Source: Vicugna vicugna (taxonomy: Eukaryota). Taken from it: a DNA stretch of 64,000 nt. The notes below the pieces were generated by a model, which did not search any database, was not told the DNA's origin, and saw nothing but the letters and a program-made list of their open reading frames with translations. Below are positions 24,261 through 36,650 of the stretch, piece after piece. The translations under genes and the position numbers were made by a program. The stretch is taken from NCBI GenBank assembly GCA_013265495.1, contig MU057959.1, positions 323,202 to 387,201 of the forward strand, given 5' to 3'. Within the stretch, counting starts at the first letter, position 1. Every line of letters starts with the position of its first letter.

Positions 24261-24837
24261 CCCGCGGCCCCCATGTGGGTCGTGGGAGGTAACAGGGAGC
24301 TGTGCAGAGAGGGGAGCCCACGCTGGGCCCTTCTCAGCCAAAGCGGTGGGTGCTCCCCGAGGCTGCCAGCAACTCAGCTGCTCCTGCCTCCTGAATACTT
24401 CATTTATCTTTCAATTTGGTCCCCAGACAGACCAGTGGAGGGAGAGAGCCAACACCACAGGGCAGCGGCGGTCGGGCCAGACAGCAGGAGAGGACAGAGC
24501 CTCTTCCCAAAGCCGACAGGCTGCAGTCAGTGTCACAAGCCAAGTGCTGATCTTTGCGTCAGTAACGGCTCCCCCTCGGGTTTGCAGTTCCTAGGAGGAG
24601 ATCGGTCTTTTTGCACAGCTGCGTTGGCTTTTCTTAGGCAAAACCTTAACTTGTATAAAGCAGTCAACCTCTGATTTCCGTGGCATTTGGTTTGTAAATA
24701 TACTTGGACCTCTCAGCTCCTTGAATATCAGTGAGGTTTTCCAAGACTGGCAAGCAACGCAAGGAAGAGATGAGTTAATTAGGATTGAGTACAATCGAGT
24801 ACATTTTGGACTTTCTCCTTCAAAAAACAAAACAGAA

Positions 24838-24990
24838 GGGGGAAGGGTCTATTCCCCCAAGTGGTAGAGCGTGCACAAAGTCCTGAGTTGAACCCCCAGT
24901 GCCTCCTCTAAAAGCCAATGATGAAACCTAATTACCTCCCCCGCCAAAAAAAAATAATACAGTAATAAATAAAATTTATTTCAAAAAAAT
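24838..24990 (+). mobile_element. Degenerate Vic-1-type SINE
   Basis: Contains 'aagtggtagagcgtgc...gtcctgagttgaacccccagtgcctcctctaaaa...aaacctaattacctcccccgcc' followed by an A-rich tail. Confidence 0.85.
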
Positions 24991-25484
24991 TTTGAAAACA
25001 AAAAAAACCCTCCAGTTTACAATGAATTGCTATGTTGATTTTTAGAAAAACTGCATTCACATCTTTTCTCCATTCATGGTTAAGTTTTTTTAAGATTGAG
25101 TGCCTGGTTGCATGAGGTGTGAGCGTTGAAATAAAAGTGTTCGACTTCTTTTAGCACGCATTTTATTGCACTGGATGCTATGGTGGTGAACTGAGGTACC
25201 ATCTAAATGTATTAGGGGCTGACCATCCTGCGGTTGTACACCTGCCTCCTCCAACCATGGGATGCAGGGCTGTCATCCCTCCCTGAGAACAGCAGCATCA
25301 AATGACACCCAGGCCCATCTGCATCTTGGCCAAGCACAGGTGGGCATCGGTGACGGGTCTTGCAATCAGGTACGTGGAATCAAATCTGAGTTAATTTTAT
25401 TTAATAATAATAAAAAGGGAACACACTGTTTAAAACTGGCTCCATCAGTATGTCCCCAAATACTCAAGTTTTATCTCAAAGAAC

Positions 25485-26002
25485 TGTTGCCAAGTCCAAA
25501 CTCGTTCTGCTGACTGCACAACCGGCCAATAAATCAGGAGACGAGGTGCTGGAGTGAGGAATAATGACTGTATTCGAGAAGCCAGCAAACCAAGAAGATG
25601 GGTGACCAACTCCTAGAGAACTGTCTTCCCCAAGTCCGAATTCAGGCTCCTTTTATACTAAAAAGAGGTGGGGGTGTGGTTGGTTGTTGCAAACTTCTTG
25701 GTGCAGGAATTCTTTGTTCTTGCAGCTGTACGTGTGGGTCAGGTCATGGTCCCCCTGTAGAAGCTCCAACAAAACAAATGTTGTTATTCTCTATTCTGCA
25801 ACTTGTTATCTTTATATGAGTGCAGCCGCGTTAACATCCTTAAAGGTCAGAGCCCTGACAATGGGCTCTCCCGTCTGTTTCAGGCTCCAGGCAACATTCT
25901 TTTACAAAAGGTGCAGAACCAGCGTGACTCAGCGCAGGGAACAGGGCACAGGGCTAAAGTCAGAGGTCGCATATGGAGTCAGATTTGTTCCTTTCTGTTA
26001 CA
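25485..26002 (-). mobile_element. ERV1-type solo LTR (artiodactyl MER41-like)
   Basis: TG...CA termini; 'ccttttatact' is a TATA box on the minus strand; body resembles artiodactyl MER41-like LTRs. No TSD visible. Confidence 0.65.
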
Positions 26003-27059
26003 TGATGACTTCATCTGTATATATTCACTGTCACATTTGTGTTGGAATCCTCCCCCTCCCCTCAGCCTCTGTGAGATGCTCACTTTTACCTCCAGAGCTG
26101 TATGTATGTGTGTGACATGAACAAGTGACTCCAGGGAACATTTTTAATGACCCAGCATTTGCAAGTACGTTAGTTTGGGGTTTTTTGTTTGTTTATCTGT
26201 CTGTCTGTCTTGTCATGGTGCCTAAATATCTGTGTGCGGACTTCTGTTGTACAGGGTCCCAAAAACCATATGTCATGTACATTTCATGGGTGATATGAAT
26301 GGATTTTTATGGGCACTTTGCACAACTTTGAGCCCTAACCATACGTGATTCATTGTGGGTGTGACTCGGATCATAATCTTGATCAAAAAGCGAATATATT
26401 TAATTCTCCGTTTTCTTTGTGGACTCAAAATAATAAAATGAATTTCAGCAGGCTTTGGTCAACTTTAAATGATATCAATATAAAAGCATTCTTTTCTTTC
26501 CTTTTTTTTTTTTTTTGCACAAATAGTAAGCACTCAACACCTATTAATTTAATGGAAATTTGGTTTTTTATATGCATACTCTAAAGCCCTTCAGCATGAT
26601 ATAGAAATTCACTTTGTCATCTTGAATTATTTCTAGCTGATTTTTTTTTTGGGCTGAAATCTTCTGTTTCTTGAGATTAACAGTAAGATTTATGTTGGGA
26701 TTTAATGAAGGCTGCTTAAAAACTTAATCATGAATACTGTTCAGGGAACTTCAGGGCATTTTTTTCCTTTTAATGAACATTGACAACTCTATGGAATATA
26801 ATGATGTTAGAAAAATCTCTCTGTCACATTAATAACTCCACCAACCACCGTGCCATCTGTACTCTGTTCCAGACACCTTCCCTCATGAAAATCACGTTAA
26901 TGGCCCAAACCTGGAAAATGTCACGAATTTTTCCCTTATAGCGCCAAACATTTGTCGTATTTCTTTCCTTCTGCGTCTCTTGACAGTTCAATAAATCTAA
27001 AGTTACAAAACTTACGAGTGTACACTACACATGACAAATTTTATCTCTAATGTTGCAGC

Positions 27060-27185
27060 CATTTCTTCCTTTCCTTCCTTCCTTTTCTTTCTTCTTTCTT
27101 CCTTTCTTTATGTCTCTCCCTCCCTCCTTCCTTCCTTCCCTCCTTTCTTTCTTCCCTGCCGCCCTCACTTCCTTTCTTTCTCCAT
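27060..27185. repeat. CT-rich low-complexity tract
   Basis: Directly visible. Confidence 0.85.
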
Positions 27186-27603
27186 CATTCATCTAGTGTT
27201 TGATTTCACTAAGAGAATTGGATTTGTACGTACAAGGTAAGACTTCAGATATTCTGTAATGCTGAGATGTAAAGTCGTCCATAGCACGCTCTGCAGATGT
27301 GCTCTCTTCCAGTGGGACAGACAGGGGCTGCACCGCCTCTCCGTCCATCTGTGTCCATCCTGAGTGAGGGACGGGATGTTCAGAAGACGTAAGGCAGAGA
27401 ACGACAAGACAGACCCTGTCTGTTTCCCCCTGGCAGTGCCTCCCGTGATGCTGTTATATGTAATTTTTCAGTTAATTACCCTCCACTGTCCAGGGAGCTT
27501 TGCAGACACGTAAAAAGCATCCTGTCTAGTTGAGAATGAGAGATATTCCCGCGTGTGCATCCCGTGAAAATGTGCGAACATTGGATATTCAGAGTGAAGG
27601 AGC

Positions 27604-27734
27604 CGGGGGAGGGGATAGCTCAAGGGGTAGAGTGCATGCTTAGCATGCATGAGGTCCTGGGTTCAATCCCCAGTCCCTCCTCTAAAAATAAATAAGTAAA
27701 CCTAATTACCTCTCCCCAGAAAATAAATAAAATC
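27604..27734 (+). mobile_element. Vic-1-type SINE, full length
   Basis: tRNA-Ala-like head with 'cttagcatg' (AGC anticodon); TSD agagtgaaggagc (27591-27603) / aaagtgaaggagc (27735-27747). Confidence 0.92.
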
Positions 27735-28082
27735 AAAGTGAAGGAGCTTGAGCTGTATGGGGCCGAGATGCTCAGCTGAGAAGTTTCTATCAAGGAGGAG
27801 CATTTCATTTAAACCAACAAATGGGGAACACGTGGTGTGCAACCTGGTAGACAAGGTGGACAAATACGCCGTTCTCCCCAGCTTTCTTAAGCAAAACCTC
27901 CCTCAGTTCAGCCGCATCGTCTCTTCATAGAAATCATCCAGCTAATCAATGCAAGGGAATGAGGCAAATAAAAACTCACACTTTTGTCCCCTCTGAATCC
28001 GGACGAGCAAGGATGCTGAAGGTCACAGAGGAAAGAAACGCAGATAACCTGTGTCCCCTGGTGGAAACAGTGTCGCTGAGTG

Positions 28083-28420
28083 TCTCGTCAGTCAAATGTC
28101 TGGATCAACTACTGGTTCACAAGAGGGAAATAAAAGACTGTGGGCATATTCCAAGGGCATCGTGAGCATACAGCCGGCCTCTGGGAACCTGAGGGAGCAA
28201 GATCTCATGCCCTCGACAGACCTATTTTGAGAAGGAAAGAAAGAGAACAATCCAGCTCTCGTCAGTCAAATGTCTGAATTAACTACTGGTTCACAAGAGG
28301 GAAATAAAAGACTGTGGGCATATTCCAAGGGCATCGTGAGCATACAGCCGGCCTCTGGGAACCTGAGGGAGCACGATCTCATGCCCTCGACAGACCTATT
28401 TTGAGAAGGAAAGAAAGAGA
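28083..28420 (+). repeat. Tandem duplication, 2 x 164 bp
   Basis: 28083-28246 versus 28257-28420, with 3 mismatches by eye and a 10-bp spacer acaatccagc. Confidence 0.95.
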
Positions 28421-28429
28421 CGGCGGGGG

Positions 28430-28830
28430 AGACGGTAATTACCAGAGTAAACAGAGATGCCAGCCTGTTACCAGACGTGGAACCTGTTTGGATCCTATTT
28501 CCAAAGAACAGACCAGCAATAAGAGTGAAAAAGTCGTACCTGATGAGACGACGTAGGAGATTAAACACTGATAAGGTATCTGGGGTCTTGAGTTAGCATG
28601 TGCAACATTTTACGTGTGCCAAAGGAATTGCGGATGTTAATTTTTTTAAATGGCTCCTGTATATCAGAGAGAATTCCAGAATATCTCCATGTGAGTAATG
28701 CATGTTATTTGTGCCATAGCTGGTATTTGCTTTAAAACAATCCGAAGGGAGAAGGAAGACATGGGGGTGGGTAATGATGAATTAAGTCTAGTCATGAGGT
28801 GAAAATTATCGAAGTTTGGTATATAAGGAT
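28430..28830 (+). mobile_element. Old L1 (L1MC4/L1ME-like) 3' fragment
   Basis: Contains 'gtggaacctgtttggatcctattt...' and 'tggtatttgctttaaaacaatc...atgaggtgaaaatta'. Confidence 0.55.
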
Positions 28831-28864
28831 TCATTCCACAAACCTTTCCATTTTTTATTTTCCA

Positions 28865-29370
28865 CATATATAATGATGTCTAAGATTTATATTAATATAT
28901 ATTTATTTATATGATGTATATTTAATTTTTATATTGCAATTATGTTTATAAATATATGATTACATATAATTTTAATATATTAATTAAATATATTGTGTAT
29001 AAATATATTAATTAAATATATTATGGACCCAGTAGGGTCCATAATATAATTTAATTATTTTATATATAATTAAATATATAACATTACTTAGTGCTACATA
29101 TAATTTTATGAGTTATGTAATTATATACATTTACATATAATTTATATACAAATATTATTTATATTTATATACTATATGTTTAAATCTTATATTAAGAAAC
29201 TATAAATTTCGCATTTAATTATACATAAACACATATATGATTAAATGTAAAATTATATATATTTTTACATATATTATGGCTTTCAGATTATAATATATAC
29301 ACAAATATAATTATATGTGAAATTTATATGTATTTATATATAATAATATATATGATAAATAATGCAATTT
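28865..29370. repeat. AT-rich (TA)n-like low-complexity tract
   Basis: Directly visible. Confidence 0.92.
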
Positions 29371-31870
29371 ATATCTGAAAGGTGTAACTCAAGTATACAC
29401 AATTTGAAACAAAAGGGTTTCCTCCACACAGAGAGGTTATTTTGTAGAACCGTTGAAACTTTATACATAAACGGAATAAAATTGAAAATATTTATTCAAG
29501 CACCTTGCCCCAAGAAACAGAATATACAAAGTATAATATTATATGAGTGGAGATCTAAAGCTGGAAACTGAATTCTCGTCTGTAAGGTTTAATTCTGGAA
29601 AATCAAACTCCAAGAAGAAAAAAAAGTTGGTCCTTGTTTTGTACCAGAGACAGAACGAGGGACGAGTTCTCAGTCTTTAGGGCGGGCGGGGTGATGGGAC
29701 GAGATGAGCCACCTCTGCGGGCACCTTGGTGTCCCTTCCAGCCCCCGAGATGATAAATTCCGGGTGTGTGAGCCCCTCCACGTGTGGTGCCTTGTGAGAC
29801 CAGTCCAGGCACGCCAGTGGGGCCGGGACTCAACGGCTGGAGAGGAGGACCACCGAGAGTGGCTTCAGGGTGGCCTTGACCTCAGGGTGGTAACCAGGAG
29901 GGAACACACCTGAATAGGTCCCTGTTGGGGCCAAGAGCACAGTCACGCCTGCCTGAGCACCCCCCTGGTTCCTCCCAGGGGAACACGTACTTCCCGTGGT
30001 CTGTGCATCCCCCAGGGACGGAGGGTCCCGGAGGCCAGGGGAGCTGAGACAGGAGGGGCTGATGGTTCGTGAGAATGAAGGTGGCCGTGGGGACATGGCG
30101 GTCCCCAAGGCCCCAGCCTCTGACCACGAGGGGAGTCCCCGCAGCACCATTCACACGTGCCATGTGTCAGTCCACGCGCTGGCCTGCCCGCAGCACAGAG
30201 CCTGTTCTCCATAAGGTCCCATCCAAGTCACAGGGACCGTGCCAACGAGAGACGGGAGGGTTCTAGGGGAAGGCACAACCCATGTCTTCAAAGGGGTAAG
30301 ACATGAACCGAGATGGCAAAGCCCAAACCCATGGACCAGGACGGACGAGTGGGTTCCAGGCCTGGGGTCCGAGATGGAGGCTGAGCCTCAGGGCTCAGGA
30401 GAGGGGACATGAGCGGAATCCCTCATGACAGCCGGCGGGAACCGACCTTAATTGATGAGGGTTTAAGAGTCCAAACTTTTGAGAACAACGGCCTTCGAAA
30501 TTACAGGAGCGTTACTTTAACAATGTATTGGGCTGGAGCAGAAAAAATGACGCCTGTCGCTCCAGCAGATGGAGCTTAAAACGCAGCGCGTTCACAGCCA
30601 TCATTTCAGTTTTCTCTTTCGATGAAAGAATAGTATTTCCTATGCTCTGTTCTTTCATCTATTTTTCTCATCTGCATCCTTTGAGTTTGGTGGTTTTGCT
30701 TCGTTTCAGGAGAAATGAGAATTTGAACCGTGAAAAGACCCAAACCTTTTGCAGGAAATCATTTAAAATTACTGAGAATGTCTCCGATAATTTAAATAAT
30801 CTCATAAATGCCGTTTCTCCTTAAAATAAAAGTTACTTAGGGGAGGCTGTCACTCCATGACCATCATTACAGTGAGATGAAGATTTTTTTTTAAGCTCGC
30901 CTTCAATATTCCCGAACATTGAACTAAAAATTACAGGACGTTGAGTCACCCACAAATAATATTCCAATTTTTTACGGATTAATTTCACTTATTGTTTCAT
31001 ATGTCAGTTTTTTACAGATTGATTTCACTTCTTACTTCCATGAAGAAATACGTCATAATTGCAAGGTGCAAATACATCTTATATGCTATTGCCTTTCAGT
31101 TTCACGAGTAAGCAGAATATTATCTGGTTAAGTTTGAATATTTATTTCTGTTTTGTTTCCATGATGGAAGCTGTGGAAACTATAATTAAGCGGGCAAATC
31201 AGATTCATATCTTGAGAGTTTCTCGACTTTTCACTGTGCGTGTGCTGTCTCATGGCGCTACGGCGTGTAGTTTGAAACAGCCACGGAGCTCTGCCCATCC
31301 ACCGTAGGGCTGCAGGCATCAACCTTGGCTAATTGATAAGCGGGTGTGAGGAGGCCCAGCTGTTCCAATTTTCTGGAATTTAAGCCCTTTGGCAACATCT
31401 TATTTAGAAAAAAATGTGTCTTGCAGAGTCAGGACATCTGTTCACGTAGGATCCTCACTGAATAGAGCTGGTATTTACTTAGAATGTTTAAAACTTCGCA
31501 CTGAGAGAAACTGCTTCTGAGGGCAAGAATTGACTGTGAGTTTTTAAGAACCTCTGCACAGAGGGAAATGAATTTGGGGTGAGGGGGACATTCTTCAATC
31601 AATGAACCGATTTCCCAGTAAAGTCACATTGGAAAAATGCGCACAGCCCGTATACAAGAGAGGGGTCAAACGCCAACCCGAGCCCTGCCGTCTGCCCACT
31701 GTCAGAACACTGCCTTGCGGAAATCACTGTTCTCAAGAACCCTTAAATGACAGGACGGCAGCCAGCTTTAGGCTAGAACCAGGATGCTCACTAATGCACA
31801 GAATTAGTACTTTTCCAAGGTCAGCACATCAAACGCCTTATTTCTTCTTGTTTAATGACAATTTGCCAAC

Positions 31871-32130
31871 TGTACCTGATTGAACAGTGTCCTCCCACCC
31901 CGCTCCCGACCCCAAATTCATTTCCACCCAGAACCTAAGGATGTGGCTCTACTGAGAAACCGGTTGTCCTTATAAGAAAGGGACCTTGGTCACAGACAGA
32001 CGCAGAAGGAATCAACCCTGCCCTCCGCTTGCCTGCAGACTTCTGGTCTCCACAACTGTGACAGAATGAATTTCGGCGGTTTGGAGCCACCCAGCTTGGG
32101 GGTAATCTGCTATCACAGGAAACCAGTACA
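31871..32130 (+). mobile_element. MLT1 LTR with internal deletions
   Basis: Contains 'aaggaatcaaccctgccc...gacttctggtctccacaactgtgacagaatgaatttc...gccacccag'. Confidence 0.7.
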
Positions 32131-32835
32131 CCCACCGCGTCAGAAAGCCCCCGACTTGTCTCAAACCTCCCTTCATAAAGCCACGTGCGTTTCTCCCCAC
32201 ATCACTCCCCTAATTAAATCCAGATCTCCACTCTGGTTTCTGCTTCAGTTCCCGGCGTCCTCTGTCCGAAGCTGAACACGTTCCGCGCCGAACAAAATCA
32301 GTATCCAGCCACCTGTGTTTAAGTGCCCTCTCTTTCTACCCTTGATCCCTAGAAATTTTTATTTTTTTAATTTTTTTCACTTCTTGACATTTCCTACAGC
32401 AAAATCTAATGTTTGAAATGCTAAAAAGCAGACTCATGCAAATCAAGAGCACGTGTGAATGTGTCTACTGGGTTCTTAAAATAAGGGAAGAATATTTTAA
32501 ATGATAAAGTCACTTCCAGGAGCATTTAAGGAACATGTGTTTAGACGGTCCATCAGGAAAAGCATTAAAAACATGAAGAATGTTAGCAAAAGGTTACTAG
32601 TTTAGATTCAAAACCCAGGGAAAACCTCAGGATTCATTTCCTCTAGGACAGAAATCTGCACGTTAACATGCACCTTCACCGTCTCTGCGATGGAATCAAG
32701 CAGCAAGGAGCCACGTCAAAGGGAGGGCCGTTCTGCTAAGGACCTTCTGAAAAATTATCCTTGACTTGGCTTGTTGGTTTGTTTTCTTAATGGACAAAAA
32801 GTCTCAGAAAGGCCAACATTTCTAGGGCCTATTGT

Positions 32836-33485
32836 TTTGATTTTTAGTATATTTTTTTTTTATTGAAGTATAGTCAGTTTACAATGTTGTGTCAATTTCT
32901 GGTGCACAGCTCAATGCTTCAGTCATACACGAACATACATAGATTCGTTTTCATATTCTTTTTCACCATAAGTTACTACAAGATACTGAATATAGTTCCC
33001 TGTGCTGTACAATAGAAACTTGTTGTTGATCTATTTTATATATAGTAGTTAGTATCTGCAAATCTCAAACTCCCAATTTATCCCTTCCCACTCCATTTCC
33101 CTCTAGTAACCATCAGTTTGTTTTCTGTGTCTGTGAGTCTGTTTCTGTTTTGTAAATCTTTGTTTTCTTATTTTTAGATTCCACATATAAGTGATATCAT
33201 ATGGAGTTTTTCATTCTCTTTCTGATTTACTTCACTTAGATTGATGATCTCCAGGGCCACCCATGTTGCTGCAAATGTCATTATTTCATTCTTTTTTATG
33301 GCTGAGTAGTATTCCATTGTATAAACATACCGCAACTTCTTTATCCAATCATCTATTGATGGACATTTAGGTTGCTTCCATGTCTTGTTTATTGTAAATA
33401 GTGCTGCTATGAACATTGGGGTGCAGGTGTCTTTTTGAATTATAGTTACCTCTGGATATATGCCCAGGAGTGGGATTGCTGGATT
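32836..33485 (-). mobile_element. Young L1, 5'-truncated (ORF2 C-terminus + 3'UTR)
   Basis: ORF2 peptide PAIPLLGIYPE...TCTPMFIAALFTI...WKQPKCPS on the minus strand; TSD tagggcctattgt (32823-32835) / tagggcccattgt (33486-33498). Confidence 0.92.
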
Positions 33486-33495
33486 TAGGGCCCAT

Positions 33496-33948
33496 TGTGA
33501 TATTTCAGTTGTGTGTGTCAATTTGTCTGGGTGACATGGGCTTGAGTATTTGACCAAATGTAGTTCCCGATGTGTCTGTAGGGAGTTTCTGGATGTGGTG
33601 GGCCTCGTCTCATCCGTTGAAGCCTGAAAGATGAAAAGGGTTGAATAAGCAGGAACTCCTCTCGCCTGACTGTTGAGCTGGCACATCGGTCTTTTCCTGC
33701 TCTCAGACTCCAACTGAAACATCCACTCTGCTGGGGTCTTGAGCCTTCGACTGCAATGTGTACCATCAGCTCTCCTGGGTTTCCCGTTGGTCCACTGCAG
33801 ATCCTGTAATCGCAGAAGCCAATTCCTCGTAATAAATCTATACTTAGCTATGTCTATACCTACACCGACATCCACACCTACACCTCTAGTATCTGTATTT
33901 CTCTCTGGCCATCCTACTGGTGAGCCCTGCAGAACCCTGCCTGATGCA
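33496..33948 (+). mobile_element. MLT2-family solo LTR
   Basis: TGTG...TGCA termini; contains 'gggcctcgtctcatccgttgaagcctga', 'gccaattcctcgtaataaatct' and 'cagaaccctgcctgatgca'. Confidence 0.82.
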
Positions 33949-34120
33949 TCTATGGCCCTGTTTGTGGTCACTCTTTTCATCAGCAAAAGAGGCTTCTCTG
34001 AAAACACTTCTGCTCCAAATATCTTGCTCTGGTTTCCTGAGGCTTTTCCTTTCCTGGTATAAATTGTACTGAATGTGTACATGCTTTTTAAATGTTGCAG
34101 ATTAAGATCGGGGAGGAGTG

Positions 34121-34337
34121 TATCTGTTAACCCTAAATAACAAAGCCCTACTGTGTAGCACAGGGAACTATGTTCAGTTGCTTGTAATAATCTATAATGG
34201 AAAAGACACAATGAAGAAGAATATGAAAAGGAATATATATGTGTATGTGTATGTGTAACTGAATCGCTCTGCTACACCCCAGAAACTGACATTGTAAATC
34301 AAGTACACTTCAATAAAAAGTAAAATTAAAAAAAAAA
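34121..34337 (+). mobile_element. Short L1 3' end
   Basis: Contains 'ctactgtgtagcacagggaacta...cacttcaataaaaa' plus an A tail; TSD aagatcggggaggagtg (34104-34120) / aagataggggtggagtg (34338-34354). Confidence 0.88.
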
Positions 34338-34599
34338 AAGATAGGGGTGGAGTGAACCAGGGGCAACACGCATGTTTTTCTGTAGATGCGTGTCGAACAA
34401 GATACGCCTTGTCAGCATAAAACACGTGGTGGTGACGTTTTGGAGAAACAGAAATGGACTGTGAAGTAAACCTGCAAATAAAGAAAGCCGTGTTATCTGA
34501 AATCCCAGACGATTTTAGCCAAGATCCAGTCTGATGTCGCTCAGGGTTGCTCATTAGTATTTGACATTGCATCCGTATGTGTGTGAGAGTCAAAATATG

Positions 34600-34910
34600 T
34601 GTATTAACCAAGGTTCTCCAGACAAACAGAACCAAGAGGAAATCGATGTTTACTTTAAGGAATTGGCTGGTGGGATTCTGGGGGCTCTCACCTTGAAAAC
34701 CTGTGAGCAGGGCTGCAGATCAGCCTCAATGAATAAAACCTCAGTCTTCGCTTTCTGAGCCTTCAAGTGACTGCATGAGCATAATCAGCTCTACCAAGGT
34801 CTACCAACCCCATTAAGAAAAGATCTTCACTGCAACACCTGGGTGGGTGGTTGACCAAACACATGGGCACCACAGCCTAGCCATGTGGACACAAGATACT
34901 GACCATTGCA
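34600..34910 (-). mobile_element. MLT2-family LTR (degenerate)
   Basis: Runs from 'tgtatta...ggttctccagacaaacagaaccaa...tttaaggaattggct' to 'agcctagccatgtggacaca...accattgca'. Confidence 0.7.
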
Positions 34911-35351
34911 AGATGTGCTATTACAAAATCTTGTCAGACTTACCCCAAGGAGAGGTCAGCACTGTGCCTTCTCCTTTCCATGGATGGAGCTGTCAGCACT
35001 CAACATTCTTCTCCTAAAAGATTCTTCATGGTTTTATGGTCTTAGATGGTATTTTCATATAAACTGTAGTTTATCACGTTCTGACAGTGATTACTAGTAC
35101 AAATAAGCACACAGGCAAAGACAAAGTCATATAGCCAACATAGAAGAAATGGCACCGTGCTGTCTGTCTCAAACAGGGGAACGTTCTAGGATGCAGAGAT
35201 TGACTTCAAAATTGCCTTCTGAAAATCACGGATTTAAAACTTAAACCCTTTTTCATGAAGATGTACGTTGATTGTGACTGTTACTACAACCAGGGCATTG
35301 TCTTTGTAAGAGTCACATTGTTCAAATCTCCTTGAAGAGAGTGAGGAGACA

Positions 35352-36650
35352 TCTGTCCATCCATCCTTCTACCCATCCATCCTTCCGTCCACCCACCCAT
35401 CCACCCACCCATCCATCCACCCATCCATACACCCATCCATCCATCCATCCATCCACCCACCTATCTACCCATCCACCCACTTATCCATCCATCCATCCAC
35501 CCACCCATCTGTCCATGCAACCATCCGTACATACATCCATCCATCCACCCGTGCATGCAACTATCCATCCATCCATCCATCCACCCATCTATCTACCCAT
35601 CCACCCACTTATCCATCCATCCATCCATCCACCCATCCGTCCATGCAACCATCCATCCATCCACCCATGCATGCAACTATCCATCCATCCATCCATCCAC
35701 CCATCCATCCATCTACCCACCCATCCATCCATCCACTCATCCATCCATGTATCCATCCACACATCTGTCCACCCATCCACCCACTCATCCACCCACCCGT
35801 CCATGCAACCAAATCCATCCACCCATGCATGCAACTATCCATCCATCCATCCATCCATCCACCCATCTATCTACCCATCCACCCACTTATCCATCCATCC
35901 ATCCATCCATCCACCCATCTATCTACTTATCCACCCACTTATCCATCCATCCACCCATCTATCTACCCATCCACCCACTTATCCATCCATCCATCCATCC
36001 ATCCACCCATCTATCTACTTATCCACCCACTTATCCATCCATCCACCCATCTATCTACCCATCCACCCACTTATCCATCCATCCATCCATCCATCCACCC
36101 ATCTATCTACCCATCCACCCACTTATCCATCCATCCATCCATCCATCCACCCATCCGTCCATGCAACCATCCATACATCCATCCATCCATCCACCCGTGC
36201 ATGCAACTATCCATCCATCCATCCATCCACCCATCTATCTACTTATCCACCCACTTATCCATCCATCCACCCATCTATCTACCCATCCACCCACTTATCC
36301 ATCCATCCATCAATCCATCCACCCATCCGTCCATGCAACCATCCATACATCCATCCATCCATCCACCCGTGCATGCAACTATCCATCCACCCATCCACCC
36401 ACCCACCCATCCATCCATGTATCCATCCACACATCTGTCCACCCATCCACCCACTCATCCACCCATCCATTTATCCATCCAACCATCCATCCATCCATCC
36501 ACCCACCCGTCCATCCATCCATCCACCCATCTATCCACCCATCCACCCACTCATCCATCAATCCATCCATCTACCCACCCATCCATCAACCCATCTGTCC
36601 ACCTACCTATCTCTTCATCCATCTATTCATCTATATATCCATCTATGTAT
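35352..36650. repeat. Complex (ATCC)n/(ACCC)n array with internal block duplications
   Basis: Directly visible; recurring landmarks atgcaacta, atgcaacc and ccacttatcc. Confidence 0.97.

Noticed and set aside
24072..24674. 200-aa ORF beside the CpG-rich block
   Set aside because: No recognisable homology; such lengths arise by chance in GC-rich DNA with alternative starts.
27604..27680. tRNA-Ala gene
   Set aside because: It has a SINE-specific tail, an A-rich end and a TSD, and related diverged copies occur across the window, so it is a SINE.
28083..28420. Paired LTRs of a mini-retroelement
   Set aside because: No TG...CA termini, no primer-binding site or TSD, and only a 10-bp spacer; a simple tandem duplication fits better.
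33174..34211. 345-aa ORF with an L1 ORF2-like C-terminus
   Set aside because: Chance read-through across an antisense L1 3'UTR, unique DNA, an antisense MLT2 LTR and a truncated L1; no RT or endonuclease domain.
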